This document shows positions 1-61,015 of a stretch of DNA of 64,000 nucleotides, piece by piece. This DNA comes from Eledone cirrhosa (Eukaryota), in the NCBI GenBank assembly GCA_964016885.1, contig OZ024742.1:139500001-139564000 (forward strand), written 5' to 3'. Made by a program: the position numbers and the translations under genes. The notes under the pieces are model-generated. The model saw nothing but the letters and a program-made list of their open reading frames with translations. It had not been told where the DNA came from and did no database searches. Position 1 is the first letter of the stretch. Each line of letters starts with the position of its first letter.

Positions 1-86
1 TTTACAAGGATAGCAAGCAAATTTATATTTATTGGTCGATTACAATCTTTGAAAAATCAAATAAGGATTGCTTTATAAAATGTATA

Positions 87-940
87 ATGAAGCTAATGAT
101 AACAGAAGCTGAAATACTTGAAGCCCTCAGCGGCTGTACGATGAACATATCACCCGGCTACGGTGGTCTCCTCTATGCGGTTTACATAGACATGTTAGAT
201 ATGTTTTGCAATGATTATGATAGTCTTCTCTATGAGTTTAACATAGACATGCTAGACTTGTTCTTGACACTCCTTCAACCTGCCTGCAGCACAAAGCATT
301 AATACAGGGAAATTCTCTGTTCTGTAATTCGGGGCGTAGTAAAGGTGATATATATTAATAAATGATCTAAAAGATATTATTTAATTTTTCATTATCACCG
401 TAATGATATATATTTATTTGTATTTACGGCGGCTGCTTCTACTAAACATAAGTACTCATGATATAATAATATTTATTTTTGTCCATAAAGATAAATTATG
501 TTTGTTACAAGCATAGCAGGTAAATTTACAGTCATTGATTTGTTACTACCTTTGATAAATCAGAAAAGAATTGTTTTATGAAATGTTTAATGAAACTTAC
601 TATAACAGAAGCTGAAATATTTGCACACCTGGCCGGTTGATCAAGTGGCAAATCAACCGGTTACGATGGCCTCCTTTCTGAGGTTTACATAGACAAGATA
701 AACTTATTCTCCGATGGTTATGATGGTCTCCTCTATGAGGTTTAAAGAGACATGCTTGATTTGTTCTGGGCATAATCCAGAGAAGTCAGTATGTCTCCAG
801 CTCACTGCTTGAGTGTCAAATCCATGCAGTTCAACTGCTTTGACAAACACTGGACAGACGGGACAATGACATTTGTTTGGGTCGTCTGGTTTTGTCTACA
901 CCTCCAAGTGGTTAAGGACTGGGATGGGGTAGCATGGATA
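87..940 (+). mobile_element. Decayed Tx1/L1-type LINE RT fragments repeated across the units (source of the recurring '71 aa' and '60 aa' ORFs)
   Basis: ITEAEILEALSGCTMNISPGYGGLLYAVYIDMLDMF aligns with ISATEIGDALSQCGKRKSPGLDGLPYEFYVAMPDLF of the LINE at 42015-44420. HWTDGTMTFVWVVWFCLHLQVVKDWDEV aligns with RWTEGPVKLLGVWFGPDLQVEKNWNEV. Confidence 0.88.
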
Positions 941-1772
941 TACACATGAGGTAGCATGGATATACACACAAAGGCATTGTTTTGATATGCACTCTTTTTT
1001 CCTGCTATTAATTTTGTCTCTCACTCTTTTAAGTTGTGAAATAGACTGGTTAGCTACGCACGCGGCTGACACATTTCAGCTCGCTACTATATTGCTATAT
1101 AATGGATGATCGCATTTAAAGTCCGTTTAAGGTTCTTGGCGCTACCATTGTTACCATCGCTTTCCTCTAGCCTTGGAGACATGAACCGAATGCTACCATT
1201 CTATTTTATATCAATGTGAACTGCTATTTCTAATGGCCATCTTCTGATCCTTTGATAATTTATGTGTGCGACACGTTGGCTGAGTGCTTCTGACAGGAAA
1301 GAAAAGATTAATTCTGTTTAGCTTCCTGTCCCCATGTAAAATTTGTAAATCAGTGGCTAGTTGAGAGATAGAGTCCTATCGGTTGCCAGTTGCTAATAGC
1401 TTTACCGTGACAGACGTCACAAACAGTCATGGCCGGCATAGACTGGTCTTAGGATTCTGTCGATCGATTAGTTATTGATTAGGCGATACCCGCTGATCAA
1501 GCTGCATAAGCCGATTGTGCATTGTTGCATACTATATGCAGACAGATGGTGCAGTGCACCTTATTGGTGCCTTAGTGCGGTAGAAACTCGAGTCCGGGAA
1601 CCTTATAGGCACCCGTTTTAAGTGCGTTGTGTTGAAGCAAATAATTTGTGTATACTCTGGGAATGTATCTTACATTGCCCATGGAGTGCGCTGAGATACA
1701 ACCGGTACAGGCATTGATAAATATGCTGGTTCCGTCAACCCTTGTTATATATATGTATATATATATATATAT

Positions 1773-1904
1773 ATATTTATTAAAATAACAGATTAAAGTT
1801 TAAGCAAAGAACCGCTGCTTTCACCCTTAACGGGATCTTCGGAAACTTAAGGGTGAAAGCAGCGATTCTTTGCTTAAACTTTAATCTGTTATTTTAATAA
1901 ATAT
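1773..1904. repeat. Fold-back hairpin 1 (~57-bp arms, 16-nt loop); copies near 2840, 15470, 19057, 23947, 28826, 32745
   Basis: atttattaaaataacagattaaagtttaagcaaagaa(t/c)cgctgctttcacccttaa ... ttaagggtgaaagcagcgattctttgcttaaactttaatctgttattttaataaat. Confidence 0.9.
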
Positions 1905-2002
1905 TTGCTCTACGGTTCTTATATATTTGATATATATTTATCCTTATCGAGCCCTCTTTGGATTTTAGTCTTCAAGTTTATTATTATTACTATATATATA
2001 TA

Positions 2003-2198
<196 letters not shown>

Positions 2199-2277
2199 TC
2201 GGTTTCAACACACGTTTTCAGAATCTTGCTAAACAAATTCAGAAACGATATATATATATATATATATAGATATATAT

Positions 2278-2339
<62 letters not shown>

Positions 2340-2696
2340 ATGTATGTATGTAATTCGTCGATGACTAAAACTGCAACCCCACCAAGTTTACAGGACAAAA
2401 AACAAAACGTAGCAAAAGGCGGAAGAACCCTTAAGAGTCAACAGCCATCCAAAAATCTGTAAATATGTCTATACATGTATATGTATATGTAAATCTGTAT
2501 ATGCATGTGTGCATGTATATGTATATGTGTGGGGACATAGAAATTGTCGGGCTGGATACGATATCCGTTTTAAGTGCGTTGTGTTGAAGCAAATAATTTG
2601 TGTATACTCTGGGAATGTATCTTACATTGCCCATGTAGTGCGCTGAGATACAACCGGTACTGGCATTGATAAATATGCTGGGTCCGTCAACCCTTG

Positions 2697-2793
<97 letters not shown>

Positions 2794-3070
2794 TATAGAT
2801 ATATATAGATATATATATATATATATATATATATAGATATATATTTATTAAAATAACAGATTAAAGTTTAAGCAACGAATCGCTGCTTTCAACCTTAACG
2901 GGATCTTCTGAAACTTAAGGGTGAAAGCAGCGATTATTTGCTTAAACTTTAATGTGTTATTTTAATAAATATTTGCTCTACGGTTCTTATATATTTGATA
3001 TATATTTATCCTTATCGAGCCCTCTTTGGATTTTAGTCTTCAAGTTTATTATTATTACTATATATATATA

Positions 3071-3128
<58 letters not shown>

Positions 3129-3267
3129 AATACTTTGGGAGGGTCATGTTGCCAATAAGAAACACACGCACGTGCGTGTGTGTCTTATTGGCAACATGAC
3201 CCTCCCAAAATATTACAATATCGGTTTCAACACACGTTTTCAGAATCTTGCTAAACAAATTCAGAAA

Positions 3268-3330
<63 letters not shown>

Positions 3331-3363
3331 CATACGTATATATATATAGAGAGAGATATATAT

Positions 3364-3427
<64 letters not shown>

Positions 3428-4820
3428 ATGTATGTATGTAATTCGTCGACGACTAAAGCTGCAACCCCACCAAGTTTACTTGGTGAGGAGGGTGATTTTG
3501 GATACCCTGCAGGACAAAAAACAAAACCTAGCAAAGGGCGGAAGAACCCTTAAGAGTCAACAGCCATCCAAAAATCTGTAAATATGTCTATACATGTATA
3601 TGTATATGTAAATCTGTATATGCATGTGTGCTTGTATATGTATATGTGTGGGGACATAGAAATTGTCGGGCTGGATACGATATCGCGCGGTTAAACCCCT
3701 GGGAGTGAAGGACCACTAGTCTTTGTCACGGCATTCTTCTACGAAAAGGCAACTCAAGAAACTGGGACAACTCCGACATAAAACCTGCGGCTCAGTAGTT
3801 GCCGATGATGTTTATCTTTTCTTCTTTTCGGGTTATAGCTACTGTCGCTCAGAGAATGGGATTGGCTCAGTGCACAGTATTTCCTCACTTTAAAAAACAT
3901 CTTCACGCACACGCATTGCACAATGGTATTAATTAATAATTATTAATAATGTTATATCGTGCAATGGCCATACTCGATAACAAGGGGGCAGCCATCATGT
4001 ATGTATATGATATTAAATAACAGTAAGTGTAAGTAGAATTCTAAAGTGTATATTTTACACACTATATATATATTTCTCAGTTTTCTCAAATGTCGCACGA
4101 TAGTAAGTCTGTCGAGTGAGTAAAGCAGTCATCGTTCACTTTTAATTACGTTCTGGAGACTAAAATATATATAATTACTTATAGGGAGATTTTTTTCTTG
4201 AGTAGGTAAGGCGTTACAACGAAATATAAGGCCATATAATGTACCTTTGAATATATTGATTCATTAATATCGTTTATAAAAAAGAAAAGATTTGCTTAAT
4301 TAAATGTCGTATATATATGCTGTAAATTGATATATCATTTAATAATAAAACTGACGATATTAGTTCTAAAATTATATTAATGACATCATCTGTATTAGAT
4401 AGCAAATGTATATAAGCTAGGACTTCCATTAAACTATACATGTTTCTGTAATATATTTTTTATAAATGAAAGCAATTCTATTTCCGATAAAATATCAGTC
4501 GATCTGTCTTATTTGAATTTTTTTAATACTTAATGTTAAGAATTATCGAAACTTTCAATATTATATATTGAACTGGTGTAGGAAATAAAGAAAATTATAT
4601 AGTATATATATATATAAATAGATGAATGATTCGAAAGACAAGAATAAATTGCTAATTATTAACATTATGATATATATGTGTGCCTCATTTAATAATAAGA
4701 CTGACGTTATTCGTTCTAAAATTATATTAATTACATCATTTGTATTAGATAGCAAATGTATAAAAGTTAGGACTTCCATTAAACTATCCATGTTAGTGTA
4801 ATATATTATTTATAAATGAA

Positions 4821-5272
4821 GACGGTGGATTGGCTGCATCGGTAGAGGGTCGGACGCCATGCTTTGAAGCATAGAGTTACGGCCCTTGCCATTTTGAGTT
4901 CAAACCCCACTTACGTTAACTTTGCCTTTCAACCTTACGGGCTCGATAAAATAAAGTACCAGTAATGTACTGGGTAATTGCTGGCCTTGTACCAAAAGTA
5001 GAAACAATTATTTATAAATGAAAGCAATGCTATTTCTGATACAATATCAGTCGATCTGTCTTATTTGAATTTCTTTAGTACATAATTTTTTCTACTTTTT
5101 GCACAAGGCCAGCAATTACCCAGTGCATTGCTGGTACTTTATTTTATCGACCCCCTAAGGATGAAAGGCAAAGTTAACCTCGGCGGGATTTGAAATCAGA
5201 ATGGCAAGGGCCGTAACTATATTCGTCAAAGTATGGCGTCCAACACTCTACGGATGCTGCCAATCCACCGCC
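4821..5272. mobile_element. Tail-to-tail inverted pair of tRNA-type SINEs (4821-5006 +, 5082-5272 -); repeated at ~8685-9136, 9736-10186, 21522-21974, 26376-26828; single minus copy at 31730-31920
   Basis: A/B-box-like 'ggtggattggcagtatcggtag' and 'gagttcaaacccc'. TSDs are attatttataaatgaa and atttctttagtac. Empty-site versions exist at ~4455-4530 and ~38275-38350. Confidence 0.88.
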
Positions 5273-5401
5273 ATTTCTTTAGTACTTAATGTTAAGAATT
5301 ATCGTAACTTTCAATAATATATATATTGAACTGGTATTATAGAAAATAAACAAAATAATTTTTAATCATTACCATAATAAGATATATCTCTGTATTTACA
5401 G

Positions 5402-53374
<47,973 letters not shown>

Positions 53375-53609
53375 ATTATTACCTGAATTGCGTTTTTTCT
53401 TTTATATTTAATTTCATATCAATTTAATTTAATTTCTGGGAAAGTTTTCATTTGACTAGACATTAATTGTAATGACTTTTGTAAGGGATGGAGGGAGTCT
53501 GTAGAATTAACACCAGACTATTACTGGTATTTGTTTTATAAACTCATTGAGTGATAAATTAGAAAGTTGATTATGACAGACTTAAGATTACCACTAACAT
53601 TTGCCAAAG

Positions 53610-53615
53610 AATAAA
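53610..53615 (+). promoter_or_regulatory. Candidate polyadenylation signal of the micro-exon gene
   Basis: AATAAA about 235 nt after the stop codon, followed by GT/T-rich 'gtttgaggtttattgtctctc'. Confidence 0.45.
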
Positions 53616-54039
53616 AAATATAGCATTAAGTTTGAGGTTTATTGTCTCTCAGATATTTTCACTTTGTTCCCACATTCGAAACAATGAGTAAGCCTGTACG
53701 TGATTACTCGTTATGGGGGGGGGGGGGGAATCAGCTGACTTAGTTCATCCCAAACCCCAACTGTCTTAATAGAAATTTTTAAAAAACGCATTAGGTAATG
53801 GAGTCTCAAATGTTTCTTATAATTATGGAATGGTCAAGGCTGGAATGTCCTTTTTCATAAGTCTTTTTAATTAATGTTGACCTGAAGCCAAATATAACTA
53901 ATAATATTGATCACTAAGTAAACATACAAATACTGGGTCTCGTCTTTTCCTAAGTATTTATTCATGACACAAGCACTGATGCATTGAATAGAATCAACTA
54001 TTACCCATTTGTGATCTGATCTATATATATAATGGTGAT

Positions 54040-54222
54040 AATTGTTTCTACTTTTGGCACAAGGCCAGCAATTACCCAGTGCATTACTGGTACTTTATTT
54101 TATCGACCCCGTAAGGATGAAAGGCAAAGTCAACCTCGGCGGGATTTGAACTCAGATCGTAAAGGGACGTAACTATGCTGGAAAGCATGGCGTCCGACCC
54201 TCTACCGATACTGCCAATCACC
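54040..54222 (-). mobile_element. tRNA-type SINE, young copy
   Basis: Reverse complement of 34586-34770; TSD gtgataat. Confidence 0.88.
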
Positions 54223-54277
54223 GTGATAATCCCTATTGTTTAGATCTATATATACATAGGGGACCATCTCTATTGGA

Positions 54278-57200
54278 AGGTAGCGGATTGGCAGAGTAGT
54301 TAGAAGCGTCGGATAGTTTTTTGCAGTATTCATTCAGGATCTTTGCTCTCTGACTTCAAATCCCGCCGAGGTGAACTTTGCCTTTCGTGGTCGATAAATA
54401 AAGTACCACTCTAGAACTGGGGTCGATTCTTCTTTCATATCTCTTTCTCCCTTCCTCTCTCTCACTTTTTATCCTTATCTGGAAGTAATCTGCTGTCTAC
54501 AGACTTGGAAAAAGGGATGGGCTCCGCCAGGCTTAAAACTACCCAAGAAACACCGTATGTCACTACGGCACCCTACGACTCCACCAGGAGAAACAGAACC
54601 ACAGCACACCATCTCTATTATTTTTCTCAGAAATTCAGAAATCTATCTTCCACCATATAAAGTAAAATGTTCTGACAAACACAAAAAGGAAAACAATGGC
54701 CACAAATGATTTGAAGGAAAAGCAAAAATAACCTCAGCGGGATTTGAATTCAGAACGTAATGGGCTGTTACTACTTGCCACAAAACATGTTGTCCGATGC
54801 TCTAATGACTCGGCCAATCCACTACGCTCTTTATGCTATTAATATTAATACATAAATGTGACTAGGATTGAAAAGCAAGAGCTGATGCTAAGGCCAAGTA
54901 GTTTCAGTTTGTGGATGTAGCTAATTTCTATTCTAATTTGGCTATTATGATTTCACGAACGTTAATAATATCCCAGTGATAAAGACACAAGTATCCTTAT
55001 GACAAATACTATGTGCTTCTTCCTTTTCTACTTTAAATCTACGCGTTTTGCCTTTATCAATAAGAAGTCAGTTTAGGTGTCGTGGTGGCAGAATTAGGAG
55101 AGTATCAGATGAAAGTAATTAAATTTTTTAATTTGGCACTTATATTTCCCCAACGTTACAATTACAGGCCATCATGTAAAAACAATTAAGGAGTTGTAGT
55201 TTAACCTCAAATAATCCCTACGTGAAGAGACCTATGATGAAAAGTATTCCAGCAATGATCATGAATTCTTTTTTTAATTTTTATTTGTGACTACTGTAGA
55301 CAGTGCTCCAGCAGTGTTTATCATGATGCTAAATGAACTAAAGAACAGAAGAACTATATCCAATGTGCCCTTAATTTTTTAAAACAGTAGAAATTCTGTT
55401 TGATTTGACCTGCTATTTGTAGCTTCTCCAGTGACAGTATAGTTGCTCCTTCATTTACTCAGTAAAAGCTGAATATTGTCAGTATGGTAACGCAAATGTT
55501 AGGATCAACTTATGGGGCCTTAGCCTTTGATTAATGTGATTTACTCGTCGTAGTCAATTCCTCAAGCCACATTTCTCTTATGAAAGGTATGAAAGTCATA
55601 ACTTCCCCTGAACTTCTTAAAATTTAAAAATCAGTATTAAAAGAATAATATACCGATGATAAAATAAGTGAAATTTAACATAATTTTCATTCAATATAAT
55701 TTTGTTTTCGTTTCTTGTATTGATCCGAAAACGTAATGTGATTAAATAATGCCATTCTAATGATATGTGTAATATGTCAAATTATGTTCTTGATTCTCTT
55801 ATTGATTTGAAATTCAATGATTGTTAAAATAACTAATACAATAAATTTATTGCATTTTACAATTTCTTGTTGTTGTAATTATTCCTGCTAACATTGACAC
55901 AAAGCAAGCAATCTGACTTGGGAGTGGAGGTCGAACATATCGATTCAGTACTTAACTGGTACTTTATTTTATCGTATCAGGAATGATGAATAGCAAAGTT
56001 GACATTGCCTGGATTTGAACTCAAAACAGAAAGTTGTAACTAAATATTGCAAAATATTTTGTCCGGCGCTCTACCGACAATGCCAACCAACCCCTTGTTG
56101 TAATTATTCATCTTTATTTAATTGTGCAGAATTAATATTTTATTTTCTTGTTTCTTTTTTTTTTTACTGTTGGTTAGTGGGGGTAGGACAGTGCGTATAG
56201 CCCTTTTCAGGACCCTCTAGACAGGTCGAACAGAAGGTATTCTCAGACTCTAGGCATCCAAGTATGGGGTGGTGGTGGTGTTGTTACAGTAGCTGCAGCG
56301 AAATTTAAACTCAAAACGCAAACAGCCGGAATAAACACCGTAAGGCATCTCGTTCACTGTTTTAACAACAGCCGGAACAAACACCACAAGGCATCTCGCC
56401 TGACGTTCTAACAACTCTGCCAATCCACTACACTGATTTGGTACGTTATTTTCCCGGTCTTGAAAGCATGAAAGGCAGGTAAATTCACCTTATCAATTCG
56501 ATGCAGTTGAATGTAACATTTAGAAATTGTTTAGCAAGCTATCATAAGATTGACCTTGCAGTGTTTATTTGGCAAGACATCTCCACAACTCAACCCATAC
56601 TATTATAAATTGGTACCATATAGGTGGAGGCTTACACGAGGGTCTGCTGAAAAGTTCATAGGCAAACCAAACTACTGTCATGAAATAACCAAATAAGGTT
56701 TATTTTTCAACATAGTCCCTGGAAAGAAACAATGCACTTATTAATAAGAAGAGTTGAAATTAATGCAAGCAAGATTTCACATTTCTAGCATCACTCCTTC
56801 ATAGTCAGCCTATGAACTTTTCAGCCGAACCCCGTATATGTTGTTGAGAATTATTTCCGTAACTTTTGGGCTCAGGATTCGATCTTAATGTTTCAATAGA
56901 AACGTTTGCCACAACTCACTCTTTATTAGCACATTCTACTGCACTATATATTTTGCGCTGACTGTAATAAAGACTGACAAATCCATTAGATTTAAGAGAT
57001 TGGTTACGAAGAAAGGTGTAGATATACATCTTTGTGATTCATTTTGTCTCGATCTCAATATCAGCTGACAAAATTCATTTTTCAATTTGGCACAACGTGA
57101 AAAATTTGTAGTTTGAAGGGTGGAAGGAGTTGTATACTTAATAGAGTAGTTTTCTAGCATGTCTAACGCTTGTCATATTGTTTGTAAATATTACTTATCA

Positions 57201-57340
57201 ATATAAGGAAGCGAATTTGCAGACTCGTTATTACAGACTGCACCTATCTGCTCTCTGACTTCAAATCCACCTAAAATCAACTTTGCCTTTCATCCTTTCG
57301 AGGTAAATAAAAACGTATCTGTTCAATACTGGGGTCGATT
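54278..57340. mobile_element. Cluster of older SINE copies (~54278-54425 +, 54730-54825 -, 55930-56090 -, 56290-56430 -, 57210-57340 +)
   Basis: Degenerate 'ggattggcaga..ttcaaatcccgccgagg..ctttgcctttc..aaagtacca' motifs. Confidence 0.7.
56635..56836. mobile_element. Tc1/mariner-type MITE
   Basis: Imperfect TIRs cgagggtctgctgaaaagttcataggc and gcctatgaacttttcagccgaaccccg-ta. Confidence 0.75.
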
Positions 57341-58430
57341 CTTCCCCACTTCTCGTCTCCCCTACTCTGGAAGAAATCGGTTGATTTCTGTCTCTCTGTC
57401 AGAAAATAACCACCCCTATGAAGGAATATCGCTATAGCAATGTTATATAAGTCATACAAAATTTAGAAAATACCTGAAATTATCTTTCTAACTTGTGTGA
57501 CGAAATTACATATATCATATATGTTTATACTAGAACGCAGTATATTTGAAGATTTTAAGATAACAATTGATTTTGTATCTTGGGATGCAAAGTGTTACGA
57601 CTTGTTCTCTTCCTCCAACCTTGCTGCTTCGGCCACAAACCCGGGTTCCGTTGCCAGCAATGCAGAGAAGAGAAAGATAGTTATATACTGGTGCCTGACC
57701 TATCGCTTCCTCTTTGTACAGGTCTCCATCGAGACTTCTGGTGTCCGTGGTCTCAACACAGCTCGTTACCTCAGTAAAATCGGAAAAACTGCAGCCCGAT
57801 GAGGTGGGATGGCTGTTGCAGTGGGTGTCTCTGGCCATTCTTCGCAGTATTGCCGTTGACATTTTGTCGGTGGGACGCAGCTGAAACACCACTCAGATTG
57901 GAGTGTAGTGCCTGTCCCTCCCTCTCCCTTTCTTTCCTTGCTTAATTCTTTATTTTTTATAATTTCCTTTTTTTTTTTGTTTCCTTTACTGTTTTTTTTT
58001 TGTTTTTGTATAACAGCTTGCAAAGTAAAAGGTTACACTTTAGCTATTCAAAAAATAAGTCTTAGCTGCGAAAGAAATAAAGCGTGAAATGTAAACGCTA
58101 TCATTTATGCTTCCGTACACAGAGAAACAGATTATGATTAGGCCTGCATTTCATGTACTCTTATCTAGCATAATTATTTATAATTTATTTAATTACGACA
58201 CTAAAATATGTGTATGTCATGCAAAATTGATTGAGAGTTTTAAGTATTTATTATATTCTGCATAGCCATGCTCTAGCAATATTTCTCCATATAGAGAATC
58301 ATAAAAGTAGTTATTGTCTAATGAGGAGACACAAATCTAAATCTGCTAAGTTATTTTCTGTGTACGGAGGAATAGTTGAAAGTGTTTCATTTCATTTTTT
58401 TCACTGTTGAAAAGATATATCTTTTATCGC

Positions 58431-58521
58431 ATCACCAGTCTGAGGAGCAGATCAATACTGGAGTCGGCTCCTAAGGGTCACCTTCAGCCAATCCTCTGCG
58501 AAACGCGCATAACAGGTCGAT
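58431..58521 (+). ncRNA. Degenerate minimal hammerhead motif followed by AATAAA
   Basis: accagt|CTGAGGA|gcaga..tctgc|GAAA|cgcgca|TA|acaggt; one mismatch each in stems I and III. Confidence 0.5.
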
Positions 58522-59239
58522 ACGCAATAAATATGTTTCATATATAAACGAAATTCCTCTTTTTTCTATTATATACCAAGGATTCTACACAACCGGTCCA
58601 CCGCTCCAGGCATCCACCCAGCTATGCTCGGAATTTTCAACATCCGGTCCTACACTCTGCGGAAAAACATCCAGGAACACACACACACACGCAAACACAC
58701 TATTTTCGCACCACGCAACAATACATCCACATCACACAAAAACACACACACACGTGCGTATCCTCACATTCACACACTCAGCCCCCGGACTCCAAACGCC
58801 CTCTCTCCATCCACACGCGCACACACACTGATTTACACCCTACCTCATGTACACACTGGTTTCCCTATTACCCGAACATGGAACCTCGTTCTTCCCCAAA
58901 TTCTCACATTCACATCCACACACACACGCGCGCGCGCGTACACCTACACACATACATACACACCACCTTCTGCCCTCTATTTTCCCATGATGCGCCCTTT
59001 TGGCTGTATTACATTACAGACAAACAAGCAAGCAAGCAAGCAATCACAGAGTTTTAGTAGTATACTAGACCACCCGTGACCCATTGGGTCACGTTCACTT
59101 CAAAATATTTGTTTTTAAATCATGTTCACTTAAAAATAATTTTTAAATTAAAATAAACACAGACATGTATATATACTGTGAAATGAAACTGGAAGGCCCA
59201 TATATATACGTGTGTGCGTGTGTATAGCGGCAATGAATT

Positions 59240-61015
59240 TCTTTTGCAGGCCTGGAAGCTCATGAAACAAGAGCAAACCTGGGCCAACTTAACTGTCCCG
59301 ACCGAAGCTATAGAAGCAGTGGAGAGAAGAACAGTGTACTTTAGATGCATTTCAGCAGGGACAAAAATGCAGCAATCATTCCACAAGCCGAAATTGAGGC
59401 TGTGCTGAGGTGCATCAGAGATGACAACGAGTACATAACGATGGACAGACAATACCGAACCATCTCGGGGCTGTCAGAAGCCCTCGCTGTGAAGCACTCG
59501 GTGACCCCTTGCAAAAGCTGCAAGGGCATTATGTACACTTCCCACGTGGGGAAAATAACAGCTCGTCTCCGCATTCCCGCAATTTCCCAAGCCTAGACAT
59601 GTGGTGGTTGTTGGGGTGCTTGATTGTGAGAGGACTGATGTGGTCCCAATCGAGGTTACGAGAACAGCCATGGAGGGTTGATCCTGGGTTGATCTGGAAA
59701 TACTTCTCTAGATCAGGCCTGAAGACCCGAGAAAAATCCTAGAACACGTCCCTCTCCAAAAACAGGATTGTTCTGCGCGTAATGACCGAGGGCAAAAGGT
59801 CCATTTCTTCAATGCTAAACACGAAGGTTGAATTGTCAGAGGTAAAGCACGTGCTCTAAAAACCAAAGGAATGAAAGCTGATGGGCTCGCGTGCAAGAAG
59901 CGCAGCATGGTAACAAAGCCACAATTCAGTGTTTGACGGACCAAAACGGACGTGAGCTGAACGATTCCAGGCAGATGTGTAAGGCCTTTCGCCAGCACAT
60001 TGCCCGGATGTTCGGAAGGAAAGTCAGAGACGGTGGCAGACGTCAGTCCCTATCTCCACAACCGATGCTGAGCGCTACGAAAGACCGATAACTGCAGCTG
60101 AGATCCCAGGTGCCCAAGTCGGCTGCAAGAGGCGCATATTACCTTGTTTTGGATGGTCTGCCCTTCGAGCTTTACATAGATATGCCAGAGTTGTTCTCCA
60201 ATCTCCTCGAAGCACTCAACTGTAACTGACAGTACAACAGGAGTACTGATGAGGAAAGATGAGAAAAAAAGGGAAACGTCAGACAACTTCAGGCCCATAA
60301 CTCTGCTCAGCATAGAGTTTAAGATTTTGGCTAAGGTGTTAGCGAAGAGGTTAGCACTTGTCATCGAGGATTTGGTAGGGGAAGCACAAACATGTACTAT
60401 CCCGACCGGGTCCATAAACGACAACCTCCACCTCATGCGATGCATCATAGAGAGGGTAGGGTGTAAACCTGGCTTCGGTAGGGCCATGATCAATTTAGAT
60501 CAATCGAAAGCTTTCAATAGGGTTGACTATCAATACCTGGAGGCTGTCATCAAAGCAGTTGGCTTCGGTCCCATCTTCAAACACTGGATTGCTGAAATGC
60601 ACAGCGGCATCTGCTTGGTAGTCATAGTTAATGCCCACCTTTCAGAACCGTTGAGATCTCCCAATTGGTCCATCAAGGGTGCCCTCTCTCCTCCCTCTTC
60701 TGTACATATTGACTCTCTACGCTGGAGCTCAGAATGGGTGTGTCGTCATATGATGGTGTCGAACACCTCAGATATTGAGGTGGTCGGCACCTTCTTGGAG
60801 GAATATGAAAGGTTGACGGGAGCAAAATTTAACCTTGAAAATCCGGTGGGCTTGCAGTTCGGCACCTGGAGAGGCAAGTCCATGCCGTCCAACAGCGTCG
60901 TCAAGCACTGGACGGATGGACCGGTAAAGTTGCTCAGTGTTTGGTTTGAACCAGATCTCCAGGTGGAGTATTGGGACAAAGTTACGAACAGGGTAGCCAC
61001 TGTCACCCAGCAGGC
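59240..61015 (+). mobile_element. Older, deleted Tx1-type LINE copy (possible ORF1 remnant + RT)
   Basis: NFRPITLLSIEFKILAKVLAKRLALVIEDLVGEAQTC..LDQSKAFNRVD..HWTDGPVKLL is colinear with 42040-43360. The 59240-59600 assignment to ORF1 is tentative. Confidence 0.85.

Noticed and set aside
87-302. Recurring 71-aa ORF as a tandem small-protein gene family
   Set aside because: It aligns to the LINE RT region around KSPGLDGLP, includes an internal duplication, and the copy at 38619 has a premature stop. It is TE debris inside predicted introns.
1010-1745. GC-balanced ~700-bp segment present in most units as a possible coding exon
   Set aside because: No consistent open frame across copies and no convincing splice sites or motifs. 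Probably an unclassified TE remnant.
4015-4035. 'ataacagtaagtgtaagt' as another micro-exon
   Set aside because: Only 5 nt between AG and GT, no polypyrimidine tract, and the second GT is lost in most copies.
4821-5006. tRNA gene
   Set aside because: Only A/B-box-like motifs with a SINE body and TSDs; no complete cloverleaf seen.
57497-57920. 100-120 aa ORFs on both strands
   Set aside because: No recognisable domain. Possibly a retroelement 5' remnant, but it cannot be supported from the sequence.
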